Shown: positions 1 through 14,739 of the stretch, in pieces | Layout of the letters: each line of letters begins with the position of its first letter | Position numbering within the stretch: the stretch's first letter is position 1 | The notes under the pieces: generated by a model | Seen by the model: the letters and a program-made list of their open reading frames with translations, nothing else | What the model was told of the DNA's origin: nothing | Database searches by the model: none | Translations under genes and position numbers: made by a program | Assembly: GCF_006345805.1 (NCBI RefSeq) | Contig: NW_021828015.1 | Location: 92,468-156,467, forward strand | Length of the DNA stretch: 64,000 nucleotides | Source: Octopus sinensis | Taxonomy: Eukaryota | Direction of reading: 5' to 3'

Positions 1-33
1 ACAATAGCAATGACAATACTACAATTACTACTA

Positions 34-77
<44 letters not shown>

Positions 78-93
78 ATAATAATAATAATAA

Positions 94-129
<36 letters not shown>

Positions 130-429
130 CATGATGATGATAACAATAATAAAAATATTTTGTTTAGTTACTATATATATATATGATGTGTGGGTGTGTA
201 AGCTTATATATATACATATATATAATCATATACATATACATATATATACGTACATATATATATATATATATACACATTTATACACATTTATATGTATATA
301 CACATATACATACATATATATATATACATATATACATACATTTATAAATATGTATAGAAATGCATATATGCATGCATATAATATACACATACACACACAC
401 AGAAACACACATGTGTATGTATATATACA

Positions 430-465
<36 letters not shown>

Positions 466-539
466 CAATGAAACTAATAAGAATGCTCTGTTTATTTAAT
501 ATATACGTACTTATATATATAAAATAATAATAATAGTAC

Positions 540-573
<34 letters not shown>

Positions 574-574
574 C

Positions 575-606
<32 letters not shown>

Positions 607-630
607 TAGTAGTAGTAGTAGTAGTAGTAA
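1..630. repeat. (TAC)n/(AAT)n/(TA)n/(TAG)n microsatellite cluster
   Basis: Direct reading. Confidence 0.9.
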
Positions 631-662
631 AATGGAATGAGGAGGAAAAAGAAAACATGCAC

Positions 663-813
663 CAGGCAATCCCTCTGTGATTATTGCCATTTTGTAATTG
701 ACAGGAGTTAAGTTTCTTGAATCAAGCATTACCATGGGATTTTCCTGATGGAATAATTTTTGGTAATTTCTTCTTTTGCATTTCTTACTTTTTTTTCCAT
801 TTTTTTTTTTTTT
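663..813 (-). CDS. possible further CFAP221 exon ((KKKKNGKKSKKCKRRNYQKLFHQ)ENPMVMLDSRNLTPVNYKMAIITEGLP)
   Basis: The frame is open in phase 0 from either acceptor ttacag|(813) or ttccatcag|(744) to a weak donor CTG|gtgcat (663). 'DS...PV...AII.EGLP' only loosely resembles recalled human 'DSFNSFMLPIDVPAILDALP'. Confidence 0.3.
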
Positions 814-3376
814 CTGTAATTCATTGTTTTAAAACTGTTATTTTACAGAATTTAACAAAATCTCCAATGCTTATTTTTTCCTCTTCTGTCTTTTTGTTTT
901 TTGTTTGTTCTTTTTTAAATGATTAAGAAATACAAAAAAAAAAGCCTGATGTGTAAAAGTAGAACTGAGATAAATTAAAAACCTTTGTTTCTCTTTTATT
1001 GAATACTAATGAAAGAATGTACAAGAAGAATATATAACAGTAAAGAACCACCATTATATCAGATAGACTTTTGAAATTGACTCATGCTCTTTGTAAGGTT
1101 GGGTTTTTTTTCTTTATATTCTATGAGAAGGCACTCAGTGTCATGGCTGAAGTTCACAGTCTGCTAGAAATAGTAACCAAGTTTACCTCTTATGACTCTT
1201 GGAGGCCCTCCAGGACCAGTGAGTTTTGATGTTATTAATTTTCCATATAAAATGATGCAGGTTTGAATTTCTAAAGACATGACTGGATTTGGTAAATGGA
1301 AATTAAAAGAAGCCCATTATGTAAATGTGTATATACACCATTCAAGCATGATCGTTGCCGGTGCCACCTGACTGGCTCCTGTGCCAGTGGCATGTAAAAA
1401 TCACCATTTGAGTGTGGTCGTTACCAGCATTGCCTGTGGCGCATTAAAGCACTCACTACACTCTTGGAGTGGTTGGCGTTAGGAAGGGCATTCAGCTGTA
1501 GAAACTTTGCCAGATCAGATTGGAGTCTGGTGCAGCCTTCTGTCTCACCAGCCCTCAGTCAAACCATCCAATCCATGCCAGCATGGAAAGTGGACGTTAA
1601 ACGATAACGACAACAACAATGACCATCGTCATCATTGGCATTGTCATCATTTAACGTCCATTGTCCATGCTGATGTGGGTTGGTCGGTTTGACCAGGGCC
1701 GGTAAGTTGAGGGACTTCACCAGACTTCAGTCTGATTTGGCATGGTCTCTACAGCTGGATGCCCTTCCTAACACCAACCACTCTAAGAGTGTAACAAGTG
1801 CTTTTACATGTCACTGGCACGGATGTCAGTTGTATGACACCAGTATCTGCCACGACTATGATTTCACTTGGCTTCATAAGTCTTCTTCTCAACCACAGCA
1901 TATTGCCAAAGGTCTCAGTCATCCGAAATTGCCTCCATGAGGCCCAATGCTCAAAAGGTTCTTTTTATGTGCCACTGGCACAGGGTGGTAATTACATGAC
2001 ACCAGCATCGGCCACATTGCCTCCATGAGGCTCAATGCTTGAAAAATGGTTTTATGTGACACTGGCATGGGTATTAGAGAGATGGCACCAGTCTCTGCCA
2101 TGGCAATGATTTCACTTGGCTTGATGGATCTTCTACTCAAGCAGGGCATATCGCTAAAAGTCTTGGTCACTAGTCATTGCATCCATGAGGTCCAGCATTC
2201 AAAGATCATGCTTCACTACCTCGTACCATTTCTTCCTGTGTCCACCTCTTCCACAGGTTCCCTCAACAGTTAGAGATTTGTACTACTTTACACAGCTCTC
2301 CTTGTCCATCCGTGTTCCTTTCTGTGGAAGAGCATAAGCTCAGCTCAAAACATTAAAGACTTTTTCACTTCCTGAGCGTTATACGAATACATCTGTTTGT
2401 TGTCTACACCACCTGTCTTCATCTTTTGTTTTTTTGTGAATTCTCCCTAAATATATATATATATCGTGCTGAGTTGACGTAGGGAATTTTGGAAATGGAT
2501 GTTACTGTCTCCAATTGAAGATTGCAAAGCATGTTTTCTCATGCACAGCATGAAATCAATTGATATTGGGGCATGTAAACTACCTTTAAATTCCGTCCTG
2601 AAGGTAGGCCTATTTTTTGAAGTGTTCATTGTGTTGCTTGTCTGTGTATTTATCATAGGATTTGTGGTCTTTAAAGCTTTTGCTTTCATCTTTGGCAAGC
2701 AGTATTTTTACCCTTCTTTTATTCAAATATATATATATCATCATCATCATCATCATTTAATGTCCGCCTTCAATGGGTGTGTATATATGTATGTAAGTAT
2801 GTGTATACACGCACACACACACACATGGTTGGGTGGTTGGATAAGAAGCTTGCTTCCCAACCACATGTTCATGGGTTCAGTTTCATAATGTGACATGTTG
2901 GGCAGAGTGTTTTCTATAAGCCTCAGGCTGACCAAAGCCTAGTGAGTGGATTAGAAGATTTAGTTGTGTGTGTGGGTATGTGTGTGTTTGTATGTGTGCA
3001 TGTTTGTATGTGTGAGTGTGTGTATGCATATGCATGAGTATATTTGTATATATCTATATATATGCATGAATGTGTGTGTATGTATATGTATGTGTTGTAT
3101 GAGTGAGTCTCCTTGCCTTGATATCATGTAATGGTTGTAAATGAATGGTATTTATTTCCATATTGGTAAAAGGTAAAATGATAAAGGCATGAAGGCACAT
3201 GACTCAGTAGTTAGAGTGTCAGGCCCCAATCATGAGGTAGCAATTTCGATTCCTGGACTGAGATGTGTGTTTGTTCTGGGGTCAATGCAATCGACTCAAT
3301 TCACCCCTGAAATTGATGGGCTTGTGCCAAAATTTGAAATTATTATTACTATGGTTGTAATCTTTTATTATTATTA

Positions 3377-3412
<36 letters not shown>

Positions 3413-4298
3413 GGCAGTGAGCTGGCAGAATCATTAGCATACTGGACAGAATGCTTAGCAGTATTTCATCCATCATTACGTTCTGAGTTCAAATTACACC
3501 AAGGTCAATTCTACAGATTTCTTCAAGGAATACCAGATAAGCCACCCATATCTGGATACAACTCACTCAACAATAACTCACAACTTGAATGGACCATAAA
3601 CAAAACTTGACTTAAAAAGGATTTAGATAATCCTATCAGGTGGTGCTATTAAGTTAGACATGGCCTGGACCAATCTTTGGTTGAAACACATCTAAGTTTT
3701 ATCTAAGATTTTATGATAAATGACATTTTACAGATTTTGTATGATTTTAAATAGTTAAAATGGCTCATTCATGATTTTATTCAATTTTTTTAAAGTTTTC
3801 GTTAAAATTATTCTTATATTGCTTTATCATAATATTTTAAAGAAATAATATTTTAAAAAATTAATGTAGAATCAATCAGCAATTTAAACTTTTTTTTACA
3901 TGTGTATATATATATTATATATATATATATATAATATATATATACTATATATGGGAAAAAATAAGTTCAAAAAAGAACAATTCAAACTTTTTGAGAGGTC
4001 TAAAAAGAGAGAAAAGAATGATTTCTATTAAAGATTCATCATATTCATAAAAAAAACAGCCAGATCAAGTAATAAGAATATGAATAAAGTATTTGAAAAA
4101 TATCATTATAGGTATAAATATACCATAAACAATTATAGAAAAATGGAGGAGAAAAAAGATGTCGAATCAAAATTAGATTTAATACAAAATAGGATTCAAT
4201 ACATACACACGTTTCAAAGGACAATACAAATATGTAAAAAAAAAAAAAATTATATGTCCCCATATAATTAAATTTATGCACACACACATAATTAAATT

Positions 4299-4333
<35 letters not shown>

Positions 4334-4379
4334 TATTCTTTTTACACATATACAAAAAAGAAAAAATATTATATTTTAC

Positions 4380-4514
4380 ATTTTTGTCCAGGAACTTCTT
4401 TTGAGTTAAAGAATTCTGCTTTGGAAACCTGGGTACAGGGCACATATTGAAGTCAGCATTAAATTCAGAATATGATAATGGTACTTCAAATGTCAGAAGG
4501 TTTGGTATTGGATT
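4380..4514 (-). CDS. CFAP221: CFAP221/PCDP1-like internal exon (135 nt, 45 aa NPIPNLLTFEVPLSYSEFNADFNMCPVPRFPKQNSLTQKKFLDKN)
   Basis: It lies inside ORF 4179..4541(-). The acceptor is ttttttccag|AAT and the donor AAT|gtaaaa is weak, so the 3' boundary is less sure. It matches recalled human 'NPNPGLFAVMHPLTYAETLIDYHLCSHPKY...TQKQFL'. Confidence 0.82.
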
Positions 4515-4618
4515 CTGGAAAAAAATTATATCAAAATACAAATGAAGAAAAGGAGATGAAAATGTTCATATCTTTGACTCTCTCTCTCCCTCTCTCTCTC
4601 TCTCTCACACACACACAC

Positions 4619-4671
<53 letters not shown>

Positions 4672-5475
4672 CATATATAGAGAGAGAGATAGAGGGATCA
4701 TATGTGTTGGTACACACACATAAACACATATATTCACAATATACATACATAAAACTCTATCTCCCATCTCACCTCTCTCTCTCATCTTCCACACACATAT
4801 ATACAAACACACACTCATACACATACTGACACAGACATGTATAAACACTGTTTCTTATAAAAAAAATTAAATCAAGAGAAAAAAAAATCAGGAAAAAGAA
4901 AACATGATGTGATCACAGCTGGAATTGTTTTCTATCATGGTTATACCAGATCATAAGTGTCCTGACCTGGTGCTAAAAACATGAACAACCAGCAACAACA
5001 TATTCTATTAACTCTGCAAGAATGATGTTATGTAAGGTTAGCTCCGACAGGATCTGAAATCAAAACAGATTCTGTAAAATGTTTTCGTTTGCTACCATGA
5101 TTCATTCATCCACAAAGGCCCTGAAGATCGCTGTTCAGATTTCAAATCCTGTCAGAGATAACTTATATAACACCATTCTATAGTTGATAAAATAAGTTGC
5201 AGTTAGCTCCAGGTCAATATACTTCAGATCCAGCATGTCTGTGATGAAAGAAATTTCCAGCTGTGACTATACAGTTTTATTTATATATTATTTTTTCAGG
5301 CAGTGTGCACATGCATGAGAGAGAGAGAGAGAAGTAGAAAGAAAAAGGAAGAAATAAAGTTGAAAACATACATACACACACGTGTGTGTATATATATTGT
5401 ATATATAGTGTGTATATATATACTGTGTGGATATATATATATATATATATATTGTGTGTATATATATATATACAT

Positions 5476-5866
5476 ATTCTGAGCGCCTTGTTTCCCTGGG
5501 CATGGATTCACTGAAGCTCCGGCGTTTGGCGACGGACTTGGTAAACACCCACAAAGTTATCAACCACCTCACCAACAACAACACTGAACACCTTTTTGAT
5601 CTCCATGTGTCTAACACACGTGGACATGCCTACAAAGTCAGAAAACAATACAGCTCCCATGACTTTCGGAAACATTTTTTCACGCTCAGAGTTGCTGAAG
5701 CATGGAATAAACTGCCTGCGTCAGTTGTTGACTGCCATGACACTGCATCTTTTAAGGCCCTCATGCTTTCCGAAATCTGCCGAAACTACACCTGATTATA
5801 TATACACTTTAGATGAGTTGTAGTGCACCTGAGCACTGTACACAATTATTATTATTATTATTATTA
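5476..5866 (+). mobile_element. CR1/L2-type LINE 3' end (5'-truncated)
   Basis: ORF 5427..5795 reads ERLVSLGMDSLKLRRLATDL...NTRGHAYKVRKQ...RKHFFTLRVAEAWNKLP, the typical CR1 ORF2 C-terminus. A short 3' UTR and an (ATT)n tail follow. Confidence 0.9.
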
Positions 5867-5884
5867 TAAATATACACATATATA

Positions 5885-6428
5885 TTGGATCATCCCACAA
5901 ATAATACAGTCTTTTTATACTTCTTATATTTTTCAAAATTAAGAAATTTTTTAAAATCTAAAATACACTTTACTTCATTTTCTACAATGCTCTTCCATCT
6001 ATCTGGTAGACTTGCAAGGCCCCTCTTCCAAAATTCACTTGTCTGTGGTGAAAAATAATCTTCCAGTACTGTTCTGACCTCGTCTACAGAATTCATATTT
6101 TTTCCATCCAAATGATTTTGAAGACAGTGGAATAAATGATAATCAGATGGGGAAATGTCCAGCAAATATGGTGAGTCTGGCATTGTTTCCTATTCAAACT
6201 GTTCCAGCCTTTGGAATGTCATCCTCATTGTATGTACTTGTTGGTTTGGATTTGAAAGTTCAGAGCAGACTAAACCTTTTATATCCCACAAAACAAGATA
6301 ACAACACCTTATGTGGGTGAAACCCGTCTTTATCCTGGGGTGCCGGTGTTTGTTCTTTCCCTACCTACTGTCTTCAGCACTTGACATTTTTAAAGAGAAC
6401 CCATTTCTCATCACCAGTCACTATTCAG
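5885..6428 (-). mobile_element. mariner (DD34D) transposase relic with 3' TIR
   Basis: The minus strand gives 'IVTGDEKWV' near 6420 and 'DISPSDYHLF...LQNHLDGK...FWKRGLASLPDRWKSIVENE' (ORF 5890..6183). It is internally deleted and ends at a TA after ...gtgggatgatccaa. Confidence 0.9.
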
Positions 6429-6547
6429 TTCAAAAAATTCATGAGACATGAAAACAAAGAAGAACATATATTCACTCTCTGCATGTGATCAGAGATACAG
6501 AGATGGAGAAAAGAGTGGAAGGGGGACTTTATACACACATAAGTCAC

Positions 6548-6570
6548 ACGTATATATATATAGATAGATA

Positions 6571-6618
<48 letters not shown>

Positions 6619-6644
6619 TAAATAGATAAATAGATAGATAGATG

Positions 6645-6684
<40 letters not shown>

Positions 6685-6685
6685 T
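6548..6685. repeat. (TAGA)n microsatellite
   Basis: Direct reading. Similar arrays lie at 10670-10857, 13145-13205 and 15940-16012. Confidence 0.95.
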
Positions 6686-7248
6686 ACATATTATATATAT
6701 ATATATATATATGTAGGCTAAAGTAGTGAGGAAAGGCAAACAATTAGGCTATGCAAGACAACGACATTTCAATATATTTAATTCAATCTAATATTTAGCG
6801 ACATAACAAACAGTAAATGTTGTACAGTTAAATTTTAGATCGAATTAAATGAATTTAAATGTCCTTGTCTTGCATTGCCTGATTGTTTGTCTTTCCTCGT
6901 GACTTTAACTTATACCCACTGACTAAAAGAGATGTCACTTGTAGCCGCTTTTGAACAAGATAATCACACAACCACAACTTCAACAGAGCAAAGCTGAGCA
7001 AAATCACAGTCATGGCAGATACTGGTGTCACACAAATTGGCACCCATGCCGGTGGCATATAAAGATACCCATTACACTCTCAGAGTGGTTGGCATTAGGA
7101 AGGGCATCCTGTCATAGAAAACCATACCAAATCAGACTCGAGTTTGGTGTAGCCTTCCAGAGTACCAGCCCGGTCAAACCGTCCAACCTATGTCAGTATA
7201 GACAACAGACGTTAAATGATGATAACGATATATACATGTGTGTGTGTA

Positions 7249-7311
<63 letters not shown>

Positions 7312-8207
7312 CTTGCTTGGAATAGTGATGTATCCAACAATGAATATCATAAAACTATAAAATTGAAACTGACAGCATTATACATTTCAAAATTTATTTA
7401 GAATTCAATAATGACACAAATTAACTAATTAATTTAATAAATTTAATTATCTTGTTCTGGGGTTATCATTTATTTTTCTCTTTCCTTTCTTTTCATACTT
7501 CTTTAGCTTTTTGTTTCTTTTTCTTTCTTTCATCAATATATCATAGCTCTTTAGCAAGCATGCACATGGCTGCAAGGTTAAGAAGTTTCTGTCAAAATCA
7601 TATTGTTTAAGGTTCCAGCCCAATGTGAGGTACCTCTTGCCTCATAACAGATGATGCATCAAAATCCATTATAATTTTTTACATAAATCTTCACCTTCTT
7701 TAGTAATTTCTATACTTAACATTTGTTCCTTACAAGGTATTAGACTGGAAGAATTAATTGTCTACCAAACAAAACACCTTTCAATGTTTGGTTTTAGCTC
7801 ATTGCATTCTAAATTCAAATTTCACCAAGGTTAAAAATCGTCTTTCACCCTTCCAAAGTTGATAAAACGAAGCACCTGTCAAGTACTGGTGTGATTCTAC
7901 TCAACTTTAGCACGTTCCTGACTCAGTGGTTAGAACGTTGGGCCCACAATCATGAGGTAGCAAGTTCAATTCCCTGACTGGTCTGTGCATTGTGTTCTTG
8001 AGCAAGACACTTTACTTCATGTTGCTCCAGTTCACGCTGCCGTAGAAATGAGTTGTGACATCACAGGTGCCAAACTGTATCGGTCTTTGCCTTTTCCTGG
8101 GATAACATCAGTGGCATGGAGAGGGAAGCCTGGTATGCATGGGTGACTGCTGGTCTTCCATAAACAACCTTGCCCAGACTTGTGACTCTCTCTTTCTCTC
8201 TCTCTTA

Positions 8208-8254
<47 letters not shown>

Positions 8255-10766
8255 GGACACCAGTCCATTGCAGAGTTAATTACTCATTTACAGCTGTGCA
8301 GGCTAGAGCAATGCTGAGTAAAATGAAGTGTTTTGCTCAAGAACACAGTGCACCACCCGGTTTGGGAAATGAAACCCTGATCCTGAAATTGTAAGTGCAA
8401 CACTGTAACCTTTACATCACATATCTTCACTCCTTATTCCTGAGATTACAAAACAGAGTTGTGCATTTATCTAGTAATTCTCTCTTCAAGAAGGCACTTG
8501 ACAAAATTTAAAATATTTTAATTCTATCAAACAAATTTATCTACTGCCCTCCCACACACACACACACACACTTCTCAATCTTCACAGCCATTCCTACCAA
8601 CCTATGAGAACCACTACAGCCTTAAGACATTTTGTCAAGCATTCTATTATTCTCACCATTCTGTCATTCTTTTCATTGGTTTCAAAGAACAATGGAAGTT
8701 AGCAAATTTCCATACTTTTTAATTCTATGTTTTGATAACCATTATTGTTTGCTTGTAGATCTCTTAAACACATTGTATAAATGTGAACACAAAACTAAAC
8801 CAGGTACAAGCCATAAGATACCTTTTTTTTTTTTCTTTCTTTTTTTTTTTTTTTTTTTTGGCAGGGGGTATTTTTCGTTGGTTTCAATGAACAATGAAAA
8901 TTTCCAAATTTTCCAAACAGGAAAACAAAAATAAAATAAAATAAAATAGAATAAGAGAAATGAACAGTTCCTTTAATTACCATTTCTATCAAAGATTAAT
9001 TCTATGTTGTGATAACTATTATTGTTACATATCCGCATGTTGTATACGACAACAATAACAAGAACCATTGCAGCAGCAACGACAACAGCACAAGTGAACA
9101 AGTTAAAAGAATGCAGTTATTAATTGCTACCCTTTAGCATAATTTCATATTCAATGAAAACACTTCGTATCAAATATGAAGAAAAGCATTTAAACATAAT
9201 AAATAATTTTTAACTGCCAATAACAAAATGAAATCCTACTTGATTTCTGTTATTGTTGCTGTCGTTGTTGTTGTCGGGTGATAGTAGTGGTGGTGTTAGT
9301 GGTGGTGATGGCAATTTGTTTTTAAATTTTTTAATTTTGTTTATTTATGTTATTTTTATTTTATGAGCATTGTTTGTGGTATTTTCAGTTATGTATAGTT
9401 TTAATTATCGTAATTAAATTCATGAATTCCTGTTCTTAACAGTCTAGACCCCTAAGCTCAAGGGGGTTATATTCTGCTTTTTTTTATTTTCATTTTTATT
9501 CCACCCCCCACCCCATTTTTTTTTTTTTTCTTTTGGTACACAGAAGTAATGGGAAGAATGCAAATGGTGCCTGGTAGCTGAGAAGTTAGACAATTGAGAC
9601 GGCAACCATAGATTCAAAATGCAGCTACCAGAATCAATGAGGAAGCCTCTGCATTAATGGTTCTTAACCTGAGCAGCAACATACCACCCACTTCAGGGTA
9701 CCATAAGCTTACAAAGAGCAGGAGACATCCTTGTTGATGGTAAAGTAGTGACCTAGCAAGTTCTTGTTGGATGCTGTTCTGTCATGCCCATAATTAACAC
9801 ATCAGGTTAATTAAACACAACAAATACCAGCCTCATAAAACAATTTAAAAATTAGCAAACAATTAAAACATCATATTTTCTTTATAAGCGAGTGTCTTCC
9901 ATCTGTCCCTGTTGCCAAAGTTATGATCACATGAATGCACCAGCATCAATTGTCAAGCGATTGGTGTGGGTAGGGGGAGGGACAAACATAGATACACACT
10001 CATAAATATGTACACACACACACATATATATATATATGTATATATATAATGGGCTTCTTTCAGTTTCCATCAACCAAATCCACTCAAAAGGCTTTGGTTG
10101 GTTTGCGGTTAGAGTAGAAGACACTACACCAAGGAGCCATGCAGTGGGACTGAACCCAGAACCATATGGTTGGGAAGCTCCTTACCACATGCACACACAC
10201 ATACATGTGTAGATAAATGATGAGTTTCCTTCACTCAGATTGAACCTGAAAACATGTGGTTGGAAAGCAAACACCTTACCACACAGCCATGCCAGTTGTT
10301 TTAAATTTTCAAATTTTTCCTCCAAGTGTTGTTCTATTAAATCATTTTATTTTAGGGCCTCTTATTTTTTTGGCTTCGTTTGTAAATCTTTTATTAATTT
10401 GTTGAGTTGAGATTATATTTCTTTGTTTTATCTTCTTGAAGGTGGCACAGTTAATCCCTTTTAATCCTTTTAAAAGTTTAAATCTGCCTTGATATTTTCT
10501 TGTTGTAGGTCTTCTTTTCATTTTTTTTTTCTAATAAACTAATCTTGTTAGAAATGCTTTCCTTGCCTCAACCAATATGTGTTTGTGTTTATGTGCCTGA
10601 GTACTTGTATATGTGTGGCATCTGTGAATGTGTATATACAATGTTGTGGCTGTGTGTAAGTGTGTATATCTATAGATAAATATCTATATCTATATCTACC
10701 TATCTATCTATCTATCTGTCTATTTATCTATCTTTCTATCAATCTTTATTTCTATCTATCTATCTT

Positions 10767-10857
<91 letters not shown>

Positions 10858-10937
10858 GCCTGCCATATCCACCTAGATATCTATATATACATACATACAT
10901 ACATACATACACATATATATATATATATATCTATATA

Positions 10938-10970
<33 letters not shown>

Positions 10971-11094
10971 ATATATATATATATCAGATTGGAACCTAGT
11001 GCAGCCTCTTGGCTTGCTAGACCCCAGTCAAACTGTCCAACCCAGGCCAGCATAGAAAATGGATGTTAAACAATGATGATGATCTTGATATTTC

Positions 11095-11455
11095 TCTTTT
11101 ACTCTTTTACTTGTTTCAGTCATTTGACTGCGGCCATGCTGGAGCACCACCTTTAATCGACCAACTCGACCCTTCTTTTATAAGCCCAGTACTTATTCTA
11201 TCGGCCTCTTTTGCCGAACCGCTAAGTAATGGGGACATAAACACACCAGCATCGGTTGTCAAGCAATGCTAGGGGGACAGACACACACATACATATATAT
11301 ACATATACATATATACGACAGGCTTCTTTCAGTTCCCGTCTACCAAATCCACTCACAAGGCTTTGGTCGGCTCGGGGCTATAGCAGAAGACACTTGCCCA
11401 AGATGCCACGCAGTGGGACTGAACCCGGAACCACACAGCCACTGCTGCTGCGCCT
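11095..11455 (-). mobile_element. SINE family A
   Basis: Tail ttttacttgtttcagtcatttgactgcggccatgctggagcacc, then microsatellite, then head. Confidence 0.8.
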
Positions 11456-12317
11456 ATATATATATATATATATATATTAATATATATATATATATATATA
11501 ACATATATATATGTATATCTATGTATATATGTATATATGTATGGATGTATGGGTGCATGCATATATGTATAAATGAATGCATGTGTGAGTATGTATATTT
11601 ATGTTTGTACTGACATGTGTTTATGCACAAGTATGACAGTGAGTTCACGTGTCTTTCATGAACCCATCTATCTCAAGTGCACATGTGCATCATTGCATGC
11701 ATGTACAAACAAACATGCATGAGCATAACGCTGTTTGCACTTCTCTCTTCTCTCACATATAACATTCCCAGTTTGTTTGCTTTTAATTTATCATATAAGC
11801 TAACCTAAACAGGACAGGTCTTTGTAGTTTTAAAGATGAATGTTTACATTAATGAAATTGAATGAGTTGAAGCTATCTTTAGAAGTTGAACATAACTTGA
11901 TACTGCTACTACTATTCAATATTCCACTATGGGTTCTTGATATTTATACTAAGGGTTACTGATGTCTGAAAAATTGCTTCAGATACATTACACGCTCTCG
12001 TTAATCTATGAAGGGAAGGCGTGGCTCTATGTTGAGATGTTTGCTTCCCATCCATGCGGTTCTAGGTTCAGTCCCATTGCATGGCACCATAAGCAAGTGT
12101 CTTCCACTCTCAAGGGTTCGTTTCCCCCCCACCGGCTGACCAAATGCATCATGGCAGACAGAAACTGAAAGAAGCCTATCGAATATATATAGATAAATAC
12201 ATACATACATAATACATATATACATACATATACATATACATATATACATATATATATAATATATATGTGTGTGTATATATATATATATGTATGTATGTAT
12301 GTATATATATATATATA

Positions 12318-12630
12318 TCACCGTGACCGTCACCGTGACCGACCAGGCTATCAGATGTTGCTACACATAGCTGGTCACAATGCGTTTCGCATTGTTTTAG
12401 CCTTTAAATGACGCCATCCCGCTGGCTAAGCGAGCAGGCCAACAGAAGAAAGAGTGAGAGAAAGTTGCGGCAAAAGAGTACAGCAGGGATCGCCACCACC
12501 CACTGCCGGAGCCTTGTGGAGCTTTAGGTGTTTTCGCTCAATAAACACTCACAACGCCCGGTCTGGGAATCGAAACCGCGATCCTACAACCGCGAGTCTG
12601 CTGCCCTAACCACTGGGCCATTGCGCCTCC
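12318..12630 (-). mobile_element. SINE family C, full length (tail type 2)
   Basis: The head matches 52385, but the 3' part differs and ends ggtcggtcacggtgacggtcacggtga next to (TA)n. A 5'-truncated copy lies at 54160-54378(-). Confidence 0.85.
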
Positions 12631-12694
<64 letters not shown>

Positions 12695-13157
12695 AATTAT
12701 ACTGCAGTAAATTTTTTATACAGTATTTGTTTCCGGGAATGTTGGCGCGCTATAACGAGGGCATTTGAATCATAACTGCGAATATAATTGACTGAACCAC
12801 ACGTGTGTTTAACGTTATGTTAAAATCTGGCGTGGGGTTCAGTAAATTGTATTCAAGACAAATTCTACTGAAGAGCTACAGATATATTATGTAAGTAAAA
12901 TTGCATAATCCATTAATAGCAAAACAATTGTCTAGAATTAATCTACATTTTTGTTATTTTTCATTTGTCCTGCTCGTTTATGTTCGTAGTTGTGCTGATT
13001 CTCCTTGGAAACAATTCTTGGTGGTTGAGACCATAGCGGAACTATTTTTAGCGCAAGAGTCAACCACATAGTGGACACTCTCTTATATTGTGTATATATA
13101 TATTAATATATATATATATATATATATAGAGATAGAGAGAGAGGAGAGATAGATAGG

Positions 13158-13205
<48 letters not shown>

Positions 13206-13749
13206 ATATTGATGTGTGTGTGTTTGTGCATGTGTGTGTGTTTGTGTCTCCTTGCTTCGACATCAAGTGATTGCTATAAATGAATGCATTTCATTTATTT
13301 ATTCTCAATATTCTGTGAAAACAATCCATGGGCCCAGAGAAATATCACCTTGCTTGGGAACCAGTGAGAGTTGATAACAGGAAGGGCATTCAACCATAGA
13401 CCATCTGCTTACACTTGTTACATATGTGTGTGAATACATGCACGTGTATGTGTGTGTGAATTGTACATTGTGTCTGAGTGTGGTATTTTTCACAGTGGAG
13501 CTTTAGAAAATGCTCATGTATACTTATGATTTTTGGGGCTATGACAAAGTCTGTAGAGTGAAAGAATAACTGGAAAAAGCAAGAAGTCGACTTTTGATAC
13601 ACAATATCAAAGAAATACACATGACTTTACCTCACAGCAAATACATAAATACACCCACAAACACACACAGAAATATGTATATCTACATCTGTACCAATCT
13701 ATCTATCCCATATATATATATAACACACACACACACACATATATATGTA

Positions 13750-13787
<38 letters not shown>

Positions 13788-14401
13788 TAGCATATCCTCA
13801 TTTTTTTATTTTTCAAAATATTCCATTTCACCATCTAATTCATATTTCATATTTTGCAAGAAAAAAAAATCATTGTTTACTAACAACAGTAAAATTAACC
13901 AAATTTTCAAAGCATACAAACATGTTCAATAAAGAACTTTTTAATTTGGTTACAATTTTTCAATACAATTTTCCAAGAGTGATGCCTATTTATTTCTTTG
14001 TCTGTTATTTCTTTCCACTTTATTTTTCTTTCATTTTTATCATATTTTTTTTTGTTTTGTCTCGATTTTTTTTTACTATCATTTTTTAAAAACTCATTTT
14101 GATTTTCTTATTACTTTTATAATAATAATTTTATATTTTAGGGGAAGGGGAGGTTGTTTGGGGTTTTTTTTTTGTAATTTTTTACAATATTTTTTTCTTT
14201 TTGCATTTTTTGGTTTCTTTGTTTTTCTTTTCTTTTCTCTTTTTTTTATATAATTCTCGCAGAATAGCAAAAAATAAAAAAAAAATGGGGAAAATGCTGC
14301 TTTGCAGTTGCTTTTGTTTTCTTCCTGTTCAACATGTTTGCATAGAATTTTGCAGTATTTCCTCAACATTTTAACTGTTTTACTAACACAATCATCATCA
14401 C

Positions 14402-14432
<31 letters not shown>

Positions 14433-14739
14433 GTTGTCATCATCATTATAATCATTATTATTATCGACACCATTTTGTTTTGTTGTTGTAACAGCAGTAA
14501 AAGTAATAGTTCTAATTAGTTTAATGGTTCATAATAGAGACAAACCAGTCAATTGACAATTACCATTATGGCCCAAAGTTCTAAAATGGAAATTTTTACA
14601 TTTCTTTCTTTACCAGATGGGGGCGAAGAGAAGGGGGACGTGTAGAGGTAGGGGTGATTGGTGAAAGGCAGGCTTCTCTTTATTTCTTTCTAGTTTCCTT
14701 TATATATTTTTTCTTTGTATTTTGCTTGAACATATATGT

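Noticed and set aside
5038-5162. ~25-bp inverted pair with tRNA T-loop-like sequence
   Set aside because: It is short, imperfect and widely spaced, and is most simply two decayed SINE or tRNA-like fragments.
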